Source of the DNA: the human T2T-CHM13v2.0 reference genome, Homo sapiens
DNA length: 64,000 nt
Direction: 5' to 3' (one strand)
Assembly: GCF_009914755.1 (NCBI RefSeq)
Contig: NC_060938.1
The notes beneath the pieces are model-generated. The model had not been told where the DNA came from. It ran no database searches and was given only the letters and a program-made list of their open reading frames with translations. The position numbers and the translations under genes are program-made. Positions 15,413 through 29,530 of this stretch are shown in pieces (positions within the stretch are counted from its first letter, which is position 1; each line of letters starts with the position of its first letter).

Positions 15413-15589
15413 GCAGAAGATATTCTAAGGTCCTTTCTAGCTCTAATATTTTATGAGTTTAGGTAAGTACTCTTCATAGTAACCCCAAACTGGCATGCTC
15501 ATTACTTAGGGTCACACAAAGAGCCAAGTAACCTAAACAACTCCACAGTGTCTTCTGAAGAATATTGTTAATTCGTCAATATTACTATG

Positions 15590-15820
15590 AAGAGTCTTGT
15601 TTCCTGAGCATATACCGTGTACCAGGTACACCGCATACAATACCTTGAATCGTCATAATGGCCCTGCAAGAGAGATATTATTATCCCCATTTTGCCAATG
15701 AGGAAATAATTTCATAGGTTAATAAAATTTCCCCAAACTACATTATTAAATCAGTAGTGGAGCCAGAATCCTAACCCAGAGTACTTAGAACCCACGATTT
15801 TTCTGCTCCGTAATACTGCC
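15590..15820 (-). mobile_element. MIR SINE
   Basis: attattatccccattttgccaatgaggaaa core. Confidence 0.7.
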
Positions 15821-18157
15821 TCTAGTTGTAAAATTGCAATTTAAAATATCAAGAATAGGGGTGCCACGTGAGAACAGATGAGCAGGTTTTGGACTCATTA
15901 TTCTGCAATGAATGAAGTCTAAAAAATAAATGAAAAGGGATGGATGGGAACATAGATTTGTTCACCAAACCCTAGAATATCTAGACCAGAATTCTCAAGG
16001 TTGACATACCTTTAGAATGAGTATTACCCAGAAGTGATCATTTGCGAGGCTCATTTGCACCAAGATATTATACAAACTGAAAACGCAAATAAGTTTGAGG
16101 AAGGTTTAGTCGTATTCAGAGACCCTAGGTGCATAATTGATTATTAATAGAATGAGGAAATTAATAGAATGAACTAAGCCTCTGATCTCTGAAAAACTAC
16201 CTATCCGTGACATGGGTAGAAAGGGTTCTGAATCAGAAGAACCACAAGTCCGTCAAATTATGGCAAATTTTGTGGTCTTAATGTCATTTAATGCCTTACC
16301 ATATCTTCTTCCACACTGACATCGCGATAATCATGTGAAATTCCATGGAGTTTGTTTTCCCAGTGAAGCCCTGTCCTTCATTTGTATGTATAAACACTCT
16401 CCCCAGAGTACATATAAATGGATAGTATTCTCCAGAAGGCACAGGTTTCTACTTACGTTAACAAATGATTATCCTTCCCAGCAAAATGACTAAACAGAGC
16501 TCTAATAAATCAATTTGTCAATGGCCATTTCCCTTCAGGAGACAATATCCCCTGATCCATTTTTGGCAAGTGCGAATATGACCTACACTGAGTGCTTATG
16601 TCTATGGTTCAGAAAATCTTAGAGCTGGAAGGAACTGCAAAAAGGACTGACCTTGCCTCCAGGCAAGGAAAGTATTGTTATTCCCAGTTTGCATATCAGA
16701 AAGTTAAGTTCCAGAACCAATAAATGACCTGCCCCAAGTCACATTATTAAGAAGGGATTGAGTAAGAACAGATGCAGGATCCCCCAGGTCACTCAGTTCT
16801 GTCACCAGCAGTGCCCAGCTCTTTTTGAGCTCTGTCTCATGGCTGGACCTGGGCAGAAGCACTCCTAGGACACCTCTCCCTAGCTTCTATGGCTCCCCAC
16901 TTTTCCATGAGTTCCTTCCTCCTCCTCTTCTAGAGGTTGTATGGCTTCATTTCTTACTGAAGGTATAATTAGCAGGTTCTTGAAACAGACACCCCACACA
17001 CACAACTTCCTATATGCTCCTTTTACTCTTCACACCATCTCCTGCCACGCTTATTATTTGTGGATATGTTCAGTCATTCAGAGGAAGTTCCCGTTTGTCT
17101 TCTCCAACCTTCTAGGCCACCCAAGAAAGTCTACTTTCTCATAAGCTACAAATCCTGAGGAAAGTCATTCTGCTTTCCCTTTTAAAGCTATCCAACTGGA
17201 AAAAGGACAGAATAACCAATTTGCAAGAGGGTTCAATGGGCAGAGGCCTTAGGGTAATAGAGGTGACAGAAGTGTAATACCCACAGTTTCTGAAGGGCTG
17301 AATGGGGCAGTAGCCCAAGAAGAGGTACTTCAGGAGAGTCCTAGACTGTGAAAAGAGAGGACCACACAGAAGATATATTTCCTCCCACAATTCCTAGGAT
17401 GTTTCTCCTTCACTGCTTCACCAGATTTTGGAGCTTAGACCTGTGACTAAAGACAAGTAGCCACTGCCCTGGGAGCTCTGCTTCTCCAAGATACTTTCCA
17501 GTATCCAAACCATACTGACTCAATTCAACTAGGCTGGGCAAGCCTCACACCATTAAATAGTCTATGGTCATTTAAAAAGATTGCTAAATTTCTATCAATT
17601 TTGCAATTTCCAAATTAAAGAAGACGTGCCTGGAATCTGGTTACACAGTGAGACTGGCAATATAGTACCAGGGAACAAAGCCAATGCCACTTGTTTTCTT
17701 TAGAATGTTCTGATGGGCTATTGCTGCCCAGAATGGAAAGGATTGGTTTCAAAGCTCATAGATACCCTTCATATGAGGAAGGGAGGAAGAAGAGGCCCAA
17801 GCAGTTCTCTAGTCCTTCTTAGTCACAAGAATTCTCCAAAATCTGATATCACAAAACTTCTGTCATCCCACAGCTCCACCAGCTATCATTTTGTGTTTCA
17901 GAGAAGAAAATGTTTTGTGTCCTTAGCTCTTGTCACAGGATTCCTTGCCCAGAAACAATTTAAAGTGAGAAAACTGAAGAAGAGTTTGGAAGCAGAACCT
18001 GTCCAGTGGTGTCTGCTGATCCTGCATACCTGTGATGGAACCAAAGTTTGACATTAACACAAACACAAGGAAATGTTGTAAAGTGCAGTACAGAAAGACA
18101 GAAAGAGATGGCAAAAGATGGGGTCAGGGAGGGGCAGAATACAGGAAGGTTACTTAC

Positions 18158-19941
18158 ACAGTTTCATCATTCTTGAATTCCAACTCCCCATATGTGTCTT
18201 CAAAGTCCTCACCGCCACCCTTGGCTGTCCCTTCTACTGTCCTAAAGGGGACGATGACTGTACCCCGGGCACCTGATGTCCGCAGAACCTTGACCTCCAT
18301 AACACCAATACTCTCACTGACATGAATAGTATCACATTCAAAAGTGAAGATGCCTGCATGGTCATCATCCAAGATGGTAACTGTGGCCACACAAGGGGAG
18401 GCTAGGACAGCCCGAGGCAAGGGAAGACTGTTGAATATTGCTGGAGGCATCCCCTCCTCTGGCTGCTCCTCCTCTATGCGGACATTGCTCAACCTTACAA
18501 AGAAGTGTTCATCCTCCTCAAAAATGTCGTCATCAATTATGCCCACGGAGAACTCCTTCTGGGTCTCTCCTGGCTTCAGAACCACCGTGCCCTCTGTGAA
18601 CTCATAGTCAGCCCCTGCATTGGCAGAACCATCCTCTGTTTTGTAGTCCACATACATGGTCTTTGACATGTCTCCCCCTTTCCTCACCACTGTCAGGAGT
18701 ACAGCCCCACAGTTCTCCAGGCACTGGTAAGAACATGGGTCAAAGAAGACCTTGGAAATAAAGTCCTCAGGCTCATCGGTGTGCACCTCGCTCATGCTGG
18801 AGGCCTTCTTGGCTTGTTCTGCTGCATGTTTCTTCAGGATATTGCCTGCACCAGTCATCATACGAGTGGCTTGGATACGGTAGAAGGCGCGGCTCTTCTG
18901 TTGGTGGGAAAGAGCATAGTAATTGGCCATCTCCACCAGCTGATCTAAGTCCTTCTCTGGGTGTTTTTGCTTCAGATCCTTGAGAATCCGGATCATCTCT
19001 CTGCGGGACTCATCCACTTCCTTCCCTTCCAGGGGCACCAGGTTCCCATCTAGAAAATGGGAATTCATCATTTTCCCATCCATCTCAATGCCCTTAGGGT
19101 GGTCACCCTCTGTCTCTATGATAATTCCTCGGTGTTTGTCTGTGCGGTACTTTTTGTGCATGTATTTGTAGAAGAGCAGTCGTTTATCTGCCACCCAGGC
19201 CAGAAGGACACACACTGGAAAGAAGAAGAGAGTGAGGAGGCCTTCCCAAACCTGGACCACACCAGGGGAGAAGACTGCCAGAATCATATAGAGCCAGATG
19301 TAGGCAAAGATACTCCAAGCAGCGGTGATGAAGAAGACTCGTAGATGCTTGATCTTGCGAGTCTCTCCGTCTGGGATCACGTAGACACAGATGCCAATGA
19401 TGATGAACATGTTGAAGGCTGCACTCCCTACAATGGTAGAAGGTCCCAGATCACCAGCAATGAACCCATGACCACACACCTCAATTAAAGAGAGGAGTAT
19501 CTCAGGAGCAGAGGAACCCAGGGCCATAAGGGTCAGGTTGGAGACAGTTTCATTCCAGACCCGAATAGTGGTTGTGCTGGTTTCTCCATTGGGTTTCTTA
19601 ATTGTCACCTCCCTCTCTTGAGAGGTGATGACTTCAATAGATGCCATGAAGCGGTCAGCAATGATGGACACCCCAAGGAACATGTATATCAGGGCCACAA
19701 AATAGACAATGACCCTGGCAATCTTGTCCCCAAGGGAAGGGTTCTCCGGGTACCAGATTGGCAGGATGACACCCTCCTTGCAGTCCGATGACCCTGAACA
19801 GGACTCATTGTTCTGCCCTGTGCTTGGCACGTCCCCTGAGCCACCAGCCTCTGCTCGAAGACCATTCAGGAAGAGCACAAAGGTAACCAGCCCAAAATGG
19901 AGGAAGGCAGAGGTGAGAGGCTGCAACCTTAACCACGCCAT
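18158..19941 (-). CDS. SLC8A3: Sodium/calcium exchanger 3 (NCX3), coding part of exon 2: signal peptide, TM1-5 with alpha-1 repeat, XIP region, CBD1 and start of CBD2. The CDS continues beyond the window.
   Basis: 595-aa ORF MAWLRLQPLTSAFLHF...GSSAPE...GSAAFN...LEFKNDETV matches human NCX3 as I recall it. Alpha-1 motif (ALGSSAPE) and Calx-beta acidic motifs (IIDDDIFEEDE, ILDDDHAG) are present. The true exon end is the phase-2 donor GT|GTAAGT at 18158/18157, so the TAA in the ORF track is intronic. Confidence 0.99.
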
Positions 19942-20003
19942 ACACGAGACTTAGCCACTGGCTTCTATTGCAGCACCAGTTGTCCTCCTGATAGGCCAGA
20001 GAC
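18158..20003 (-). other. SLC8A3: SLC8A3 exon 2 (1846 nt: 62-nt 5'UTR plus 1784 nt CDS)
   Basis: Acceptor ...cctgcctctctgatcttttctAG|GTCTCTGG with a long polypyrimidine tract (AG at 20005-20004). Donor ACTGT|GTAAGT. A very large first coding exon is typical of the SLC8A1/2/3 family. Confidence 0.93.
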
Positions 20004-21329
20004 CTAGAAAAGATCAGAGAGGCAGGAAAAGGCATGAGGAAAAAGGGGACAGCAAACGGCAGGTTCCCACCAATACAACTGATGCTTCACCTCCAGTGAC
20101 ATATTGCACTAACATATGGGGCAGTCTCTCACTTGGAAAAATAGATGTCAATGGGAGGCACAAATAGCTGCTCTGTCCTCCAAACCATCTGGTGGAGACT
20201 CCGTTGAAAAATGGCTTGAAATAGCTGGGAATACTGGGGATGGAAATGCAGCAATAGCCTTCAAGTCCTGTCTCCCAAACTGGTATTACCTGTGAGAGTT
20301 CTCAAGAAGCAACTTAAAATAGGCCATGTATAACCTGAATCTTCATGCCCATTTATACTGTTTCTGGGGTGTTCGGACTTCCTTACCCTGTTGTCATTAT
20401 ACTTGAGTATCTTGGATAACATAGGTTTGCAAGAGAGTATATTGAATTGAATTTTCATGGACTAGTCCCCAGAAAATTGAAAACCTTGCTCTGTTTAATG
20501 TATACATATTTCCTTGGCCTTCATGTTCACTCCAGGATTATACCAAGTGACTGTCCACCCCAGGACCTTTGTACATGCCATTATTCTCAATCGATTTTGA
20601 AATGAGTGTTTCTTCTTTGCACTCCCCACTCTTAATAATGCTTTAGATCTCATCCATTAAACAGAGCAATAAACCTTGAAAACTGAGCTCCCTTGGAAAG
20701 AAACTTCCTCCCCGAATGCAAGACTTCTGGAGGCAAGCTATAATTCTGAGATAGCTTGGGAAATCAAAAGAGTTGATAAATGGTGAATGCCACCCACCCC
20801 ATAGCCAAACAGAGGCCATGTAAGTTGTGCCCAAGACCAAGTTCACAGCAGCTCTGAGCCCTCCAGTAAAACCTGCTTATGAGCAGTTTAAGCAGGCAGT
20901 AACAGGAAGATGATCATCCGCCAGCCACTCAAATTTCAAACCCAAACATGGAAAGGAACAAGTGGTAAAAATCATTATTAATAAAACATGCAAATGTCTC
21001 TCAAATAAGTTTTGTTAAACTAGAGACAAGATTTTGGGGGTGATATGCAGCTTCATCTACTGGCCTCAAACCACTAAAAGGTGAGCTTGAGCTCAGAAGA
21101 ATGGGATGAAATGCAATTGAAACTATTATATACTCATCTTACCACTCACTGCCTCATTTGGGTGGGATGAGAATGAAAATACCATGGAATAGCTAAAAAA
21201 AAAAAAAAGTGGGGGGGGGGCGATCTTTCTCCCTCTGCTACAACTGTGTGGGATACCCTTAGTAATAAAGGAATGCTGATTTGTGTTTGTACAGCACCTT
21301 AAAGACTCAAAGTCTTCATCCCCCATATT

Positions 21330-22060
21330 TGCTCCTTTTTCTCCTGTTTCCCAGCTCAGAAAATAGCATCTTCAGCCACCCAGTTACTCATGTTAGAAAG
21401 CAGATGTTAGTCTGAAAGCCTTCATCTCTCTTCTGTCCCTTATCCAATCACTAAATCCTATCAACTCTTTCTCCATTTCTACCACCATCATCCCAGCCCA
21501 GGCCACCATCACTCCTTACCTCATGAATCTACTTCAGTAGCCTCCTAATGGAGCTCACCACTCCAACTCTCACTAGTTCTCAATTCCACTTTCCTCATAT
21601 AGCCACCGTAATCTTTTTTTAAAAAAACAAACAAACAGACTTAAGCATATCGCTCCCCTGTTTGAAGCCCTTTAGTAGTCTTCTCTTGCTCTTGATATAA
21701 AGACCAAATTCTTTCCCATGACCTTCAAAGCCTTGCAGGAATTCACTGCTTCCCACTCATCCCCCTTCATCCCGTCACTCTCTCCCTTATTACATTTCAA
21801 CAACAATAGCCTTCAGGTTCACTCTTGGATTATACCAAGTGACTGTCCACCCCAGGACCTTTGTACATGCCATTATTCTCATTCATCTTTGAAATGAGGG
21901 TTTCTTCTTTGCACTCCCCACTCTTAATAATGCTTTAGATCTCATCCAATAAACAGTGAATGACATAAGAGCAAAGACTGTGTCTCTTCTGTTTATCATG
22001 GTATCCTGAATGGTTAGTAGGTTCTCAGTAACTGTATGTTTTTGGAATGAATAAATGTAG
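21330..22060 (+). mobile_element. L2 LINE 3' region
   Basis: ccaggccaccatc..cagtagcctcctaatgg..ataaagaccaaattctt..aggacctttgtacatgc, ending in gaatgaataaatg. Confidence 0.75.
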
Positions 22061-23036
22061 TCACCAATGAAGCTTCCTTGGATGACAGCCTTCTTTATTT
22101 TTTATCTGAATTGTAGCCATTTGCTTTGGAAATACATATACATTTCATAGACAAAACCAGACTGGATTTTAGAGGCTATGTGGGACCTCTTTAAATTTCC
22201 AAAGCCTGTGCTCAAAGAGAAATTCTCTTCGGGACACAAAACATCAGGGTGCATATTGTCCCCATGAAGACCTCCCTCCCAAAGAGCTGAGGATTTACTT
22301 GGTTTAATCCCTAGAGTGGCAGCCAAGTTCTGAAGCCCACATTCTCCATTAGTCCAGGTGCTGGGGGCATCACAACAGGTGCTGGGACCTGTTGTGCCTT
22401 TGACCTCACTCAGAGGAGAAGAGGTTATGGGAATGACTGTGGAGGAATAGAGTGGTTGAAGATGTTCAGCATCCATCTTCAAAGGTTAAGAAAGCTCTTG
22501 TCATCAATGATGTGCACAAAGGCATTCATTCAGAGGTTTGACACTCACCCACCCTAGAGAAATGTGGAGAGAAAAGGACCTTGGCTCTTTACTTTGACCT
22601 CTGAAAACCCTGACACTTTGTGGATTCCAATGAGCCCCATGCAGCGATGACAGATGGTAGGCACAGCTGAGTAGCTCTTTCTTCAAGTGCCAACCCAGTG
22701 ACAGGAGGTGGCTGCTATGAGAGCCAACCAATCCCAAGAGGGTGAGTATCCATGGGGGAGAGAAGAGAGCCGGTCTTCCAGAGTGAAAGGACATGGAACA
22801 TTGGGATGGTAGAATCATCCTGATTAACAGGGGACTTGGAGTCGTATTTATCTTATGGACCAGGAGAATTAAGGAGGATGACGGTCTTTGTTTTCCTTTG
22901 GCCCTGTAGACGCTTTGTGGCAACAGGTTTTTCTGGGCAATGTGCTATCATATGATCAGAATCAGAGGCCAGTTTAAAAAGACTATTCCATGAGAAAATA
23001 AATGAACTGAAGGAAAAGATTAAAGAAAAAAGGCAA

Positions 23037-23506
<470 letters not shown>

Positions 23507-24124
23507 TCATTTTTTATGCAATTGCCCCGGCCCAGACACCAATTGAGATAGATCCCAACATCTTGGGGGTCCAGCTCAACCCCTTAGAGACCCAGATAAT
23601 CTTCTGTGGTTCCAGAAGGCTATTAACCCCGAGGCATACTCAGAGATATGACTCAACTTGAGATCTTTTCCCCCACCCAGGACCACCCCAAATCATAAAG
23701 ACATTAATAACAGTAATTCGCATCTACAAGTGTTTATTATTTGCATAATGCTGAGTGCTTTCTCACTTAATTTTCATAGCAACCCTATGAGGTTAGAAAT
23801 ATTTTTATCCCTATCTTATATTTTGGGAAACTGAGTCTTACCTAAGTCATTTACTCAAAGTACAAAGGAAATAGTAGAACTAGAATTCACAGACAGATGA
23901 CATAAAGTATGGTTTTAACCACCCTATTTTACTAAGCTGTCCCACTTTGTTGTAGAATGTCCACGGCCTCCAATCAGTTTCCAGTCTTATGTGGACTTAG
24001 AAGCAAGGTGACTGTCCCACACCTGCTCAGAGGAGAAACTTACTGTTTCGATGCCTAGTTCCCAGGCTTACTGGGGTTGTTCTGGCTGCCTGCTGCAGCC
24101 TCCCATCCAAATATTCTTCCCATC

Positions 24125-24790
24125 AGTTCAGTTTGACAAACATTGACAAAAGCCTGTGATTTGCTAGACCTGGTATTAGACGCTGGTGGATTAAAAAAGA
24201 AAAAAAAAAAAAAGAGAGACACCGCGTTTGCCCTCAAAGGTACAATCTAGCAGAAGTATACAGATGTACAAATAAACACTTTTATTGTAAAAAGAGGAGG
24301 TAGGGCAGAATGCTATGAGAATGTGAAGAGGGCACTGAGCCAGCCTGGGGATTCAGGGAGGCATTCTGAAGGAGGTGATTCCTGAAATGAGACTTCAAGC
24401 ATGAGTGAGCTTTAGTCAAAAAAAAGGAAAGTGGGAAGGGCATTCAAGTCAAAGAGAACAGCCCAGGCAAAGGCAAAGACATGGAAACATGATGGAAAAG
24501 GCTGCTGTGGGCGTGGGATTACAAGACATGCAGTGTGAGGCAGGAGGCCCAGTAGATGAGGCTAGACAGTAGGGAAGACTTCACTCATGGCAAGCTTTAG
24601 ATGCCAAGCTGAGAAGACAGGGTTTTATTCTAAGGGCAATGAAAAGCCAGTGATAGGGTTGTAAACCAAAGAATGACATGGTATGATTCGTCTTTCAGAA
24701 ATACCAATTTCACCTAAGGGTTTAGGATGGCTGTAAGTGGGCAAGACAGGAGCAGGAAGGTCAGATAGAACTCTACTGCAAACTGAACAG
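24125..24790 (-). mobile_element. L2 fragment
   Basis: cagggaggcattctgaaggaggtga..gagacttcaagcatgagtga..gaacagcccaggcaaaggc..ttttattctaagggcaatg. Confidence 0.65.
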
Positions 24791-26719
24791 ATACAGACAA
24801 GCATGGTGGGCCTGGGTAGATTCTGCTCATGATGCCCGTCTGTCCCCATGTCACACTCCCCTCTCTCAGTCAAACTGATGCCCTGGCTCAGCCCCGAGCC
24901 TCTCATCCCTTTTCCGGACCATCTTCCTAACGCCTCTGAGGCCATCTGCAAGGCGTCTGTGTCCTTAGCAGTGGCTCCTGACATCTTTTAATATCACTGG
25001 CAAATTTAATTAAAGTCACCGTTCCTCCGCTCTTCCAGATCATTAATAAAACAGTGCCACCAGGACAGACTGAGCAAATTCTCCCTCCTGCTATGCCCTC
25101 CACTTTCTCCAATGGGAACACTGCTCCGGGCATGTCACCAGCCTGGGTAGAGTTGTCCCACTCTGCTTCTAAATCTGGGCCCCTGCACAGGTGTCATAGC
25201 CAATTTACATAAAAGTTTTAGGTCCAGCCAGGCTGCACTGGCTCCGTTGTGTCACCCGAGTCCAAGCACACTGCATATTCTCCTGCACTTCCTCTGCCTC
25301 CGGTGGGTGGAAGTCAGTGCAGTCCTGTCCTCGGCAATACTCCTCGAGAGACACAGGAATGAAGCTCCTGACTCTCTCAAGAGTAGGAAAGATGTGACCT
25401 CTGCTGCTTAGGTAGCTTGATTGCCACAACTGGAACTTGTATCCAAGGAGGAAAATATAATGATATTAAATGTTTTTCTTGCATTATTAATGTTTTGAAT
25501 CTTCACAATGAAGGAGGTGCTATTATCACCACACTTGTTTTAGAGATGGCAAATTGGAACTCATAGAGGTTAGGGAATTTGCCTAAGACCCCAGTTAGTA
25601 AACAGAAAGGTAAGCATTTGAATTCTGGCAGTCCACCTCCAGGACACATGCTGTTACCACTGTGCTTGACACATACCCTAGGTTTGAGCGCCCCTTCGAG
25701 CAAAGGCTCAAGGAGGGCAGGCTGAGTCTTTCTAGATGTGGAGGCCCCCGACAAGCTTGGAAGCTCTACATACAGGCAGAATGGATCCATGGTAGAGCCC
25801 TGGATTTGAAAATGGACAAGAACTTCCTTTCCAGCCTCGCCTCAATGAGGTGTGAGACCTTGGGAAGTCAGTGACCCTCTTAGGGCAGCAGCTTCCTCAT
25901 CCATAAAATGCAGGTTGGGTTAGATGATCGCTATAGTTCCTTCCAGTCAAACATGCTTTGATGACAGGAAAGGAAAGAAGTGAAGGGACACATTTTATGT
26001 TAGATGGGCCCAGAGCCACGTGAAAGCCAGGTGTGGAATTTAGACTCCCACAGAGACCTCAGAGGATAAGAGAATAAGCTAGGAGGGGGTGGTAGGAAGA
26101 GGGGACCAGGGAAAAGTCAAGGAGAGCCTACATTCTGGATTTACCAAAAAGCCCCTTGGACCAAATCCGTTTTTTTTTTGTTTGTTTTTTTTTTTTTTTT
26201 TTTTTTTGCCTATTAAGGCCAAACACTGTGCTAGCAATTGCAGGTACAGCCATGAACCACTTCTCCAACCTCTGAGAGTTTATTTTCTGATGAGGGGTGG
26301 AGACAAACAAGTAATTATTGGAATAATTGATTACAACTATGTCTTGGAAAGTAATATGATTTTCTTCTGCTGCTCTAAGCGCTCAGGTTGGTGGCTCTAC
26401 GGATGCCTCAACCCGTGTGGGCAGTGGCTGCACTGCAGCAGGGCTTTTAATGTAGAGAATGTTGCAGTCGTATGTGAGATAATATTATACTGTTCTTGCT
26501 TCTCTGATCTCATGCAATTGTCATATTTTGCCTTCTCTGAAGTCTCTCAGACCTTTAATGACTTCTGAACCGTCTGACAGTTTCATGAAACCCTGCTGAC
26601 ACTCTCCCAGGTACTACTACAGAAGAAGAGAAAAGAAAGCTTCCTAGACAGACCAGGGCATCAGCAGGCCTCCGTCTCCTCATTCTTTATATGGACCAAG
26701 GACTTTAAAAAAGTGATGA

Positions 26720-26960
26720 CAACAGCAATGATCATATATATTCATCAGGCACCTACTCTATAGCCAGCACTACTCTAGGCACTTTTATATCTGTTATTTA
26801 ATACCTCACAAACCCACCATGAGACATGTCTTGTTATCTGTTTTAGAAATGAGGAGATAGGGGCCTCAAAGATTCATAATTTACCCAAGGTCTACCAGCT
26901 GAGCAAGTGGCAAAGAGGGGCTATGAAACTTGGTGTGTCAAATGCTAAAGTCTGCTTTTA
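26720..26960 (-). mobile_element. MIR SINE
   Basis: ccagcactactctaggcactttt..aatgaggagataggggcctca..ttacccaaggtc. Confidence 0.65.
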
Positions 26961-27237
26961 AGCTCCAGGAGATGAAAGGGATGGTGGAAGAGTAGGCTAG
27001 GGATCAAGATCCCTTAGGTGAAGAACTTTGGGCTCCAGAAAGTTCTGTGTCTTCTGGGAAGCCTTCCCCGAAAATGCATCTTCCTCTAATTGTAAAGTGA
27101 GTCATTTATTCTCTTGGGTTCCTCTAACACTTTGGTCATCCCTGAAGCACTTGTCACACTGTACTGGGCTTATCTGTTTACCTATCCATCTTCCACACTC
27201 TTCTGGAAGCTCTATGAAAAATTTCAAGTCAATATAG

Positions 27238-27515
<278 letters not shown>

Positions 27516-28879
27516 GGGAAGCTTTTTTGTTTGTAAAAATGCATCATCACACTCTGTGAAACTCTATTGATAGGACTAAGAGGTTGAACTTGACCTCTGA
27601 TAACCCTCTCTACCTCTAAAATTCTGTGATTCAAAGATGCCTGAAATGTGCTAGACTTGTGTAAACCAGAGGACTTTGCCCTCTCCAAATCCTTGACAGA
27701 TCTGGGGAGTTACAAACACTGAGAGTGGGCCAGAGAGCTAGGAAGAGACAGGGCTTAGCTCAGCTTAATTTAAGTTTTGTTTTTCCCATGGCTGGGTCTA
27801 CATCTGCGTTTAAGTCATCCTCCTGTTGGAGACAGTGATGGAACCAGGATCACATTCTAGAGATGGCTGTACATCTGAATAACCATGGAGTTCTAAAAAA
27901 TACAGACATCTAGATCCTACTCCAGACCTAAGTTTTGAACTCTCTGGGAGAGGAGCCTAAATACTTATGTTTTTGAAAAGTTCCTTTATTGATTTTAAGA
28001 TACAGACAAGGTTGAAAATCCTGGGAGAGAAGAGAAGGAACCTCACCTGACTATGACATTTGCATCCCAGGTATTCCAGCCATTAGAGACTTTCTTTGGA
28101 CTGAGAGAAGGACTCATAGCAGATCATGCGTTGACGCACAAATGGGTACCACAAGACATTTCTATGCGCTGGACAAACATCTCACCTTCTTGAAGTCTCA
28201 TTTCCTTTCATACCTTGCCAAGAATAGTCAGCATCAATTCTCTACCCACATAAGCAGATTTTCCCTTTATCTTTCCCTAAACTTGCTGTCTACTTGGTTT
28301 ATACTTGTACTCATGAAATATAAAAAATCCATAATTCTCTTGTCTTTGTAGGAAAATGATGCTATTTGTCCATTTTCAGCAAGTTGTATTTCTAATTATT
28401 TTTCCTTTCACTGATAATAGCTTAGGTCTACTTCTTCACACTTCCTCATGGCCTCTTTGTTCATTCACTCACTTACTCATTTATTCATTCATGCATGCAT
28501 GCATTTATGCATTTGTATGAAACCCAGCTTATGTGTCACAGGCTGACTTTCACTGAATTATGCTGAGAAGGTTAATTTGTTCCAAACTCATTTTTTTCCA
28601 CACACTCAAAAAAGTTATAAGTTCCAAGAGGGTAGAAATTTTTATCTGATATTTCTGTATGCCCAGTGCCTAAATCAGTGCCTGGCATATCACAGATGCT
28701 CAGTATATATTTATTGAATGAAGGAGTACATGGAATGAATGTGCAAAAATAGAAGGGATAATATCCAGTGAGTTCTCCCATCTTTGGCAGTGTTCAACTT
28801 GGAGGCTGGAGAACCATCTGTCAGGGATGCTGTGAGCAAGGTTTTCTGAATTTGAGTAATATGAACAAAATATAATCCC

Positions 28880-29530
28880 TCTAGAGAAGCACACACTTCA
28901 CTGGAGAACAGTGACAGAAAACCAAATAATTACACCAAAACAACTACCAGATTTTGAAGCATGTGCAACGTGCCAAGAGATCACAAGAAAGGAAGGTATA
29001 GTACCTCTTGGGATCACTGGGGCCAGCTGCATGAACCAGCTAACATTAGATCTAGGATTTAAAGAATGAACAGGAGTTAATTGGGTGGAAGACAGTGCAT
29101 CTCAAACAAAGGCCACAGGAATCCCATGCTAAAGGGCATGGAAGCCCGAACAAGCAGCGTCTGTTTCCAGAAGGATGAGCAGTATGGCTGAAAGACTTGA
29201 GAGAAGCTGTGGAGATAAGTGAGGAATCGCTGGTAAGAGGCCTTGTGTGCCTGGCCAAGGAATGTGGGCATTCTCTTGGAGGCAATAAGGAAGCACTGAA
29301 GGTTTTTAATCATAGGAGGGACAAGATCAATGTTTTTCTTTTGGATAGGCAACCTAGAGTGATGACAGTGTGGGAACAGGATAGGTGAATGAAAGCGGGG
29401 CAAGACTGGCGGCAGGAAGACCAGTCCAGACTCTCCCAGGACTGGGATGAGAGGCAATGGAGAACTGAACCAAGGCAGTGGGAAAAGGGCTGCTGGGGAA
29501 GGCATGGATTTCAGAGGCACTGAAAGGAGA
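28880..29530 (-). mobile_element. L2 fragment
   Basis: gaatgaacaggagttaatt..gccaaggaatgtgggca..aagcactgaaggtttttaa..aaccaaggcagtgg. Confidence 0.6.

Noticed and set aside
18154-18157. Apparent stop codon making a complete 595-aa protein
   Set aside because: The TAA is part of the GTAAGT donor. I saw no minus-strand AATAAA close downstream to support an intronic-polyadenylated isoform.
18032-19954. Plus-strand ORFs antisense to exon 2
   Set aside because: Shadow ORFs caused by codon bias of the real CDS.
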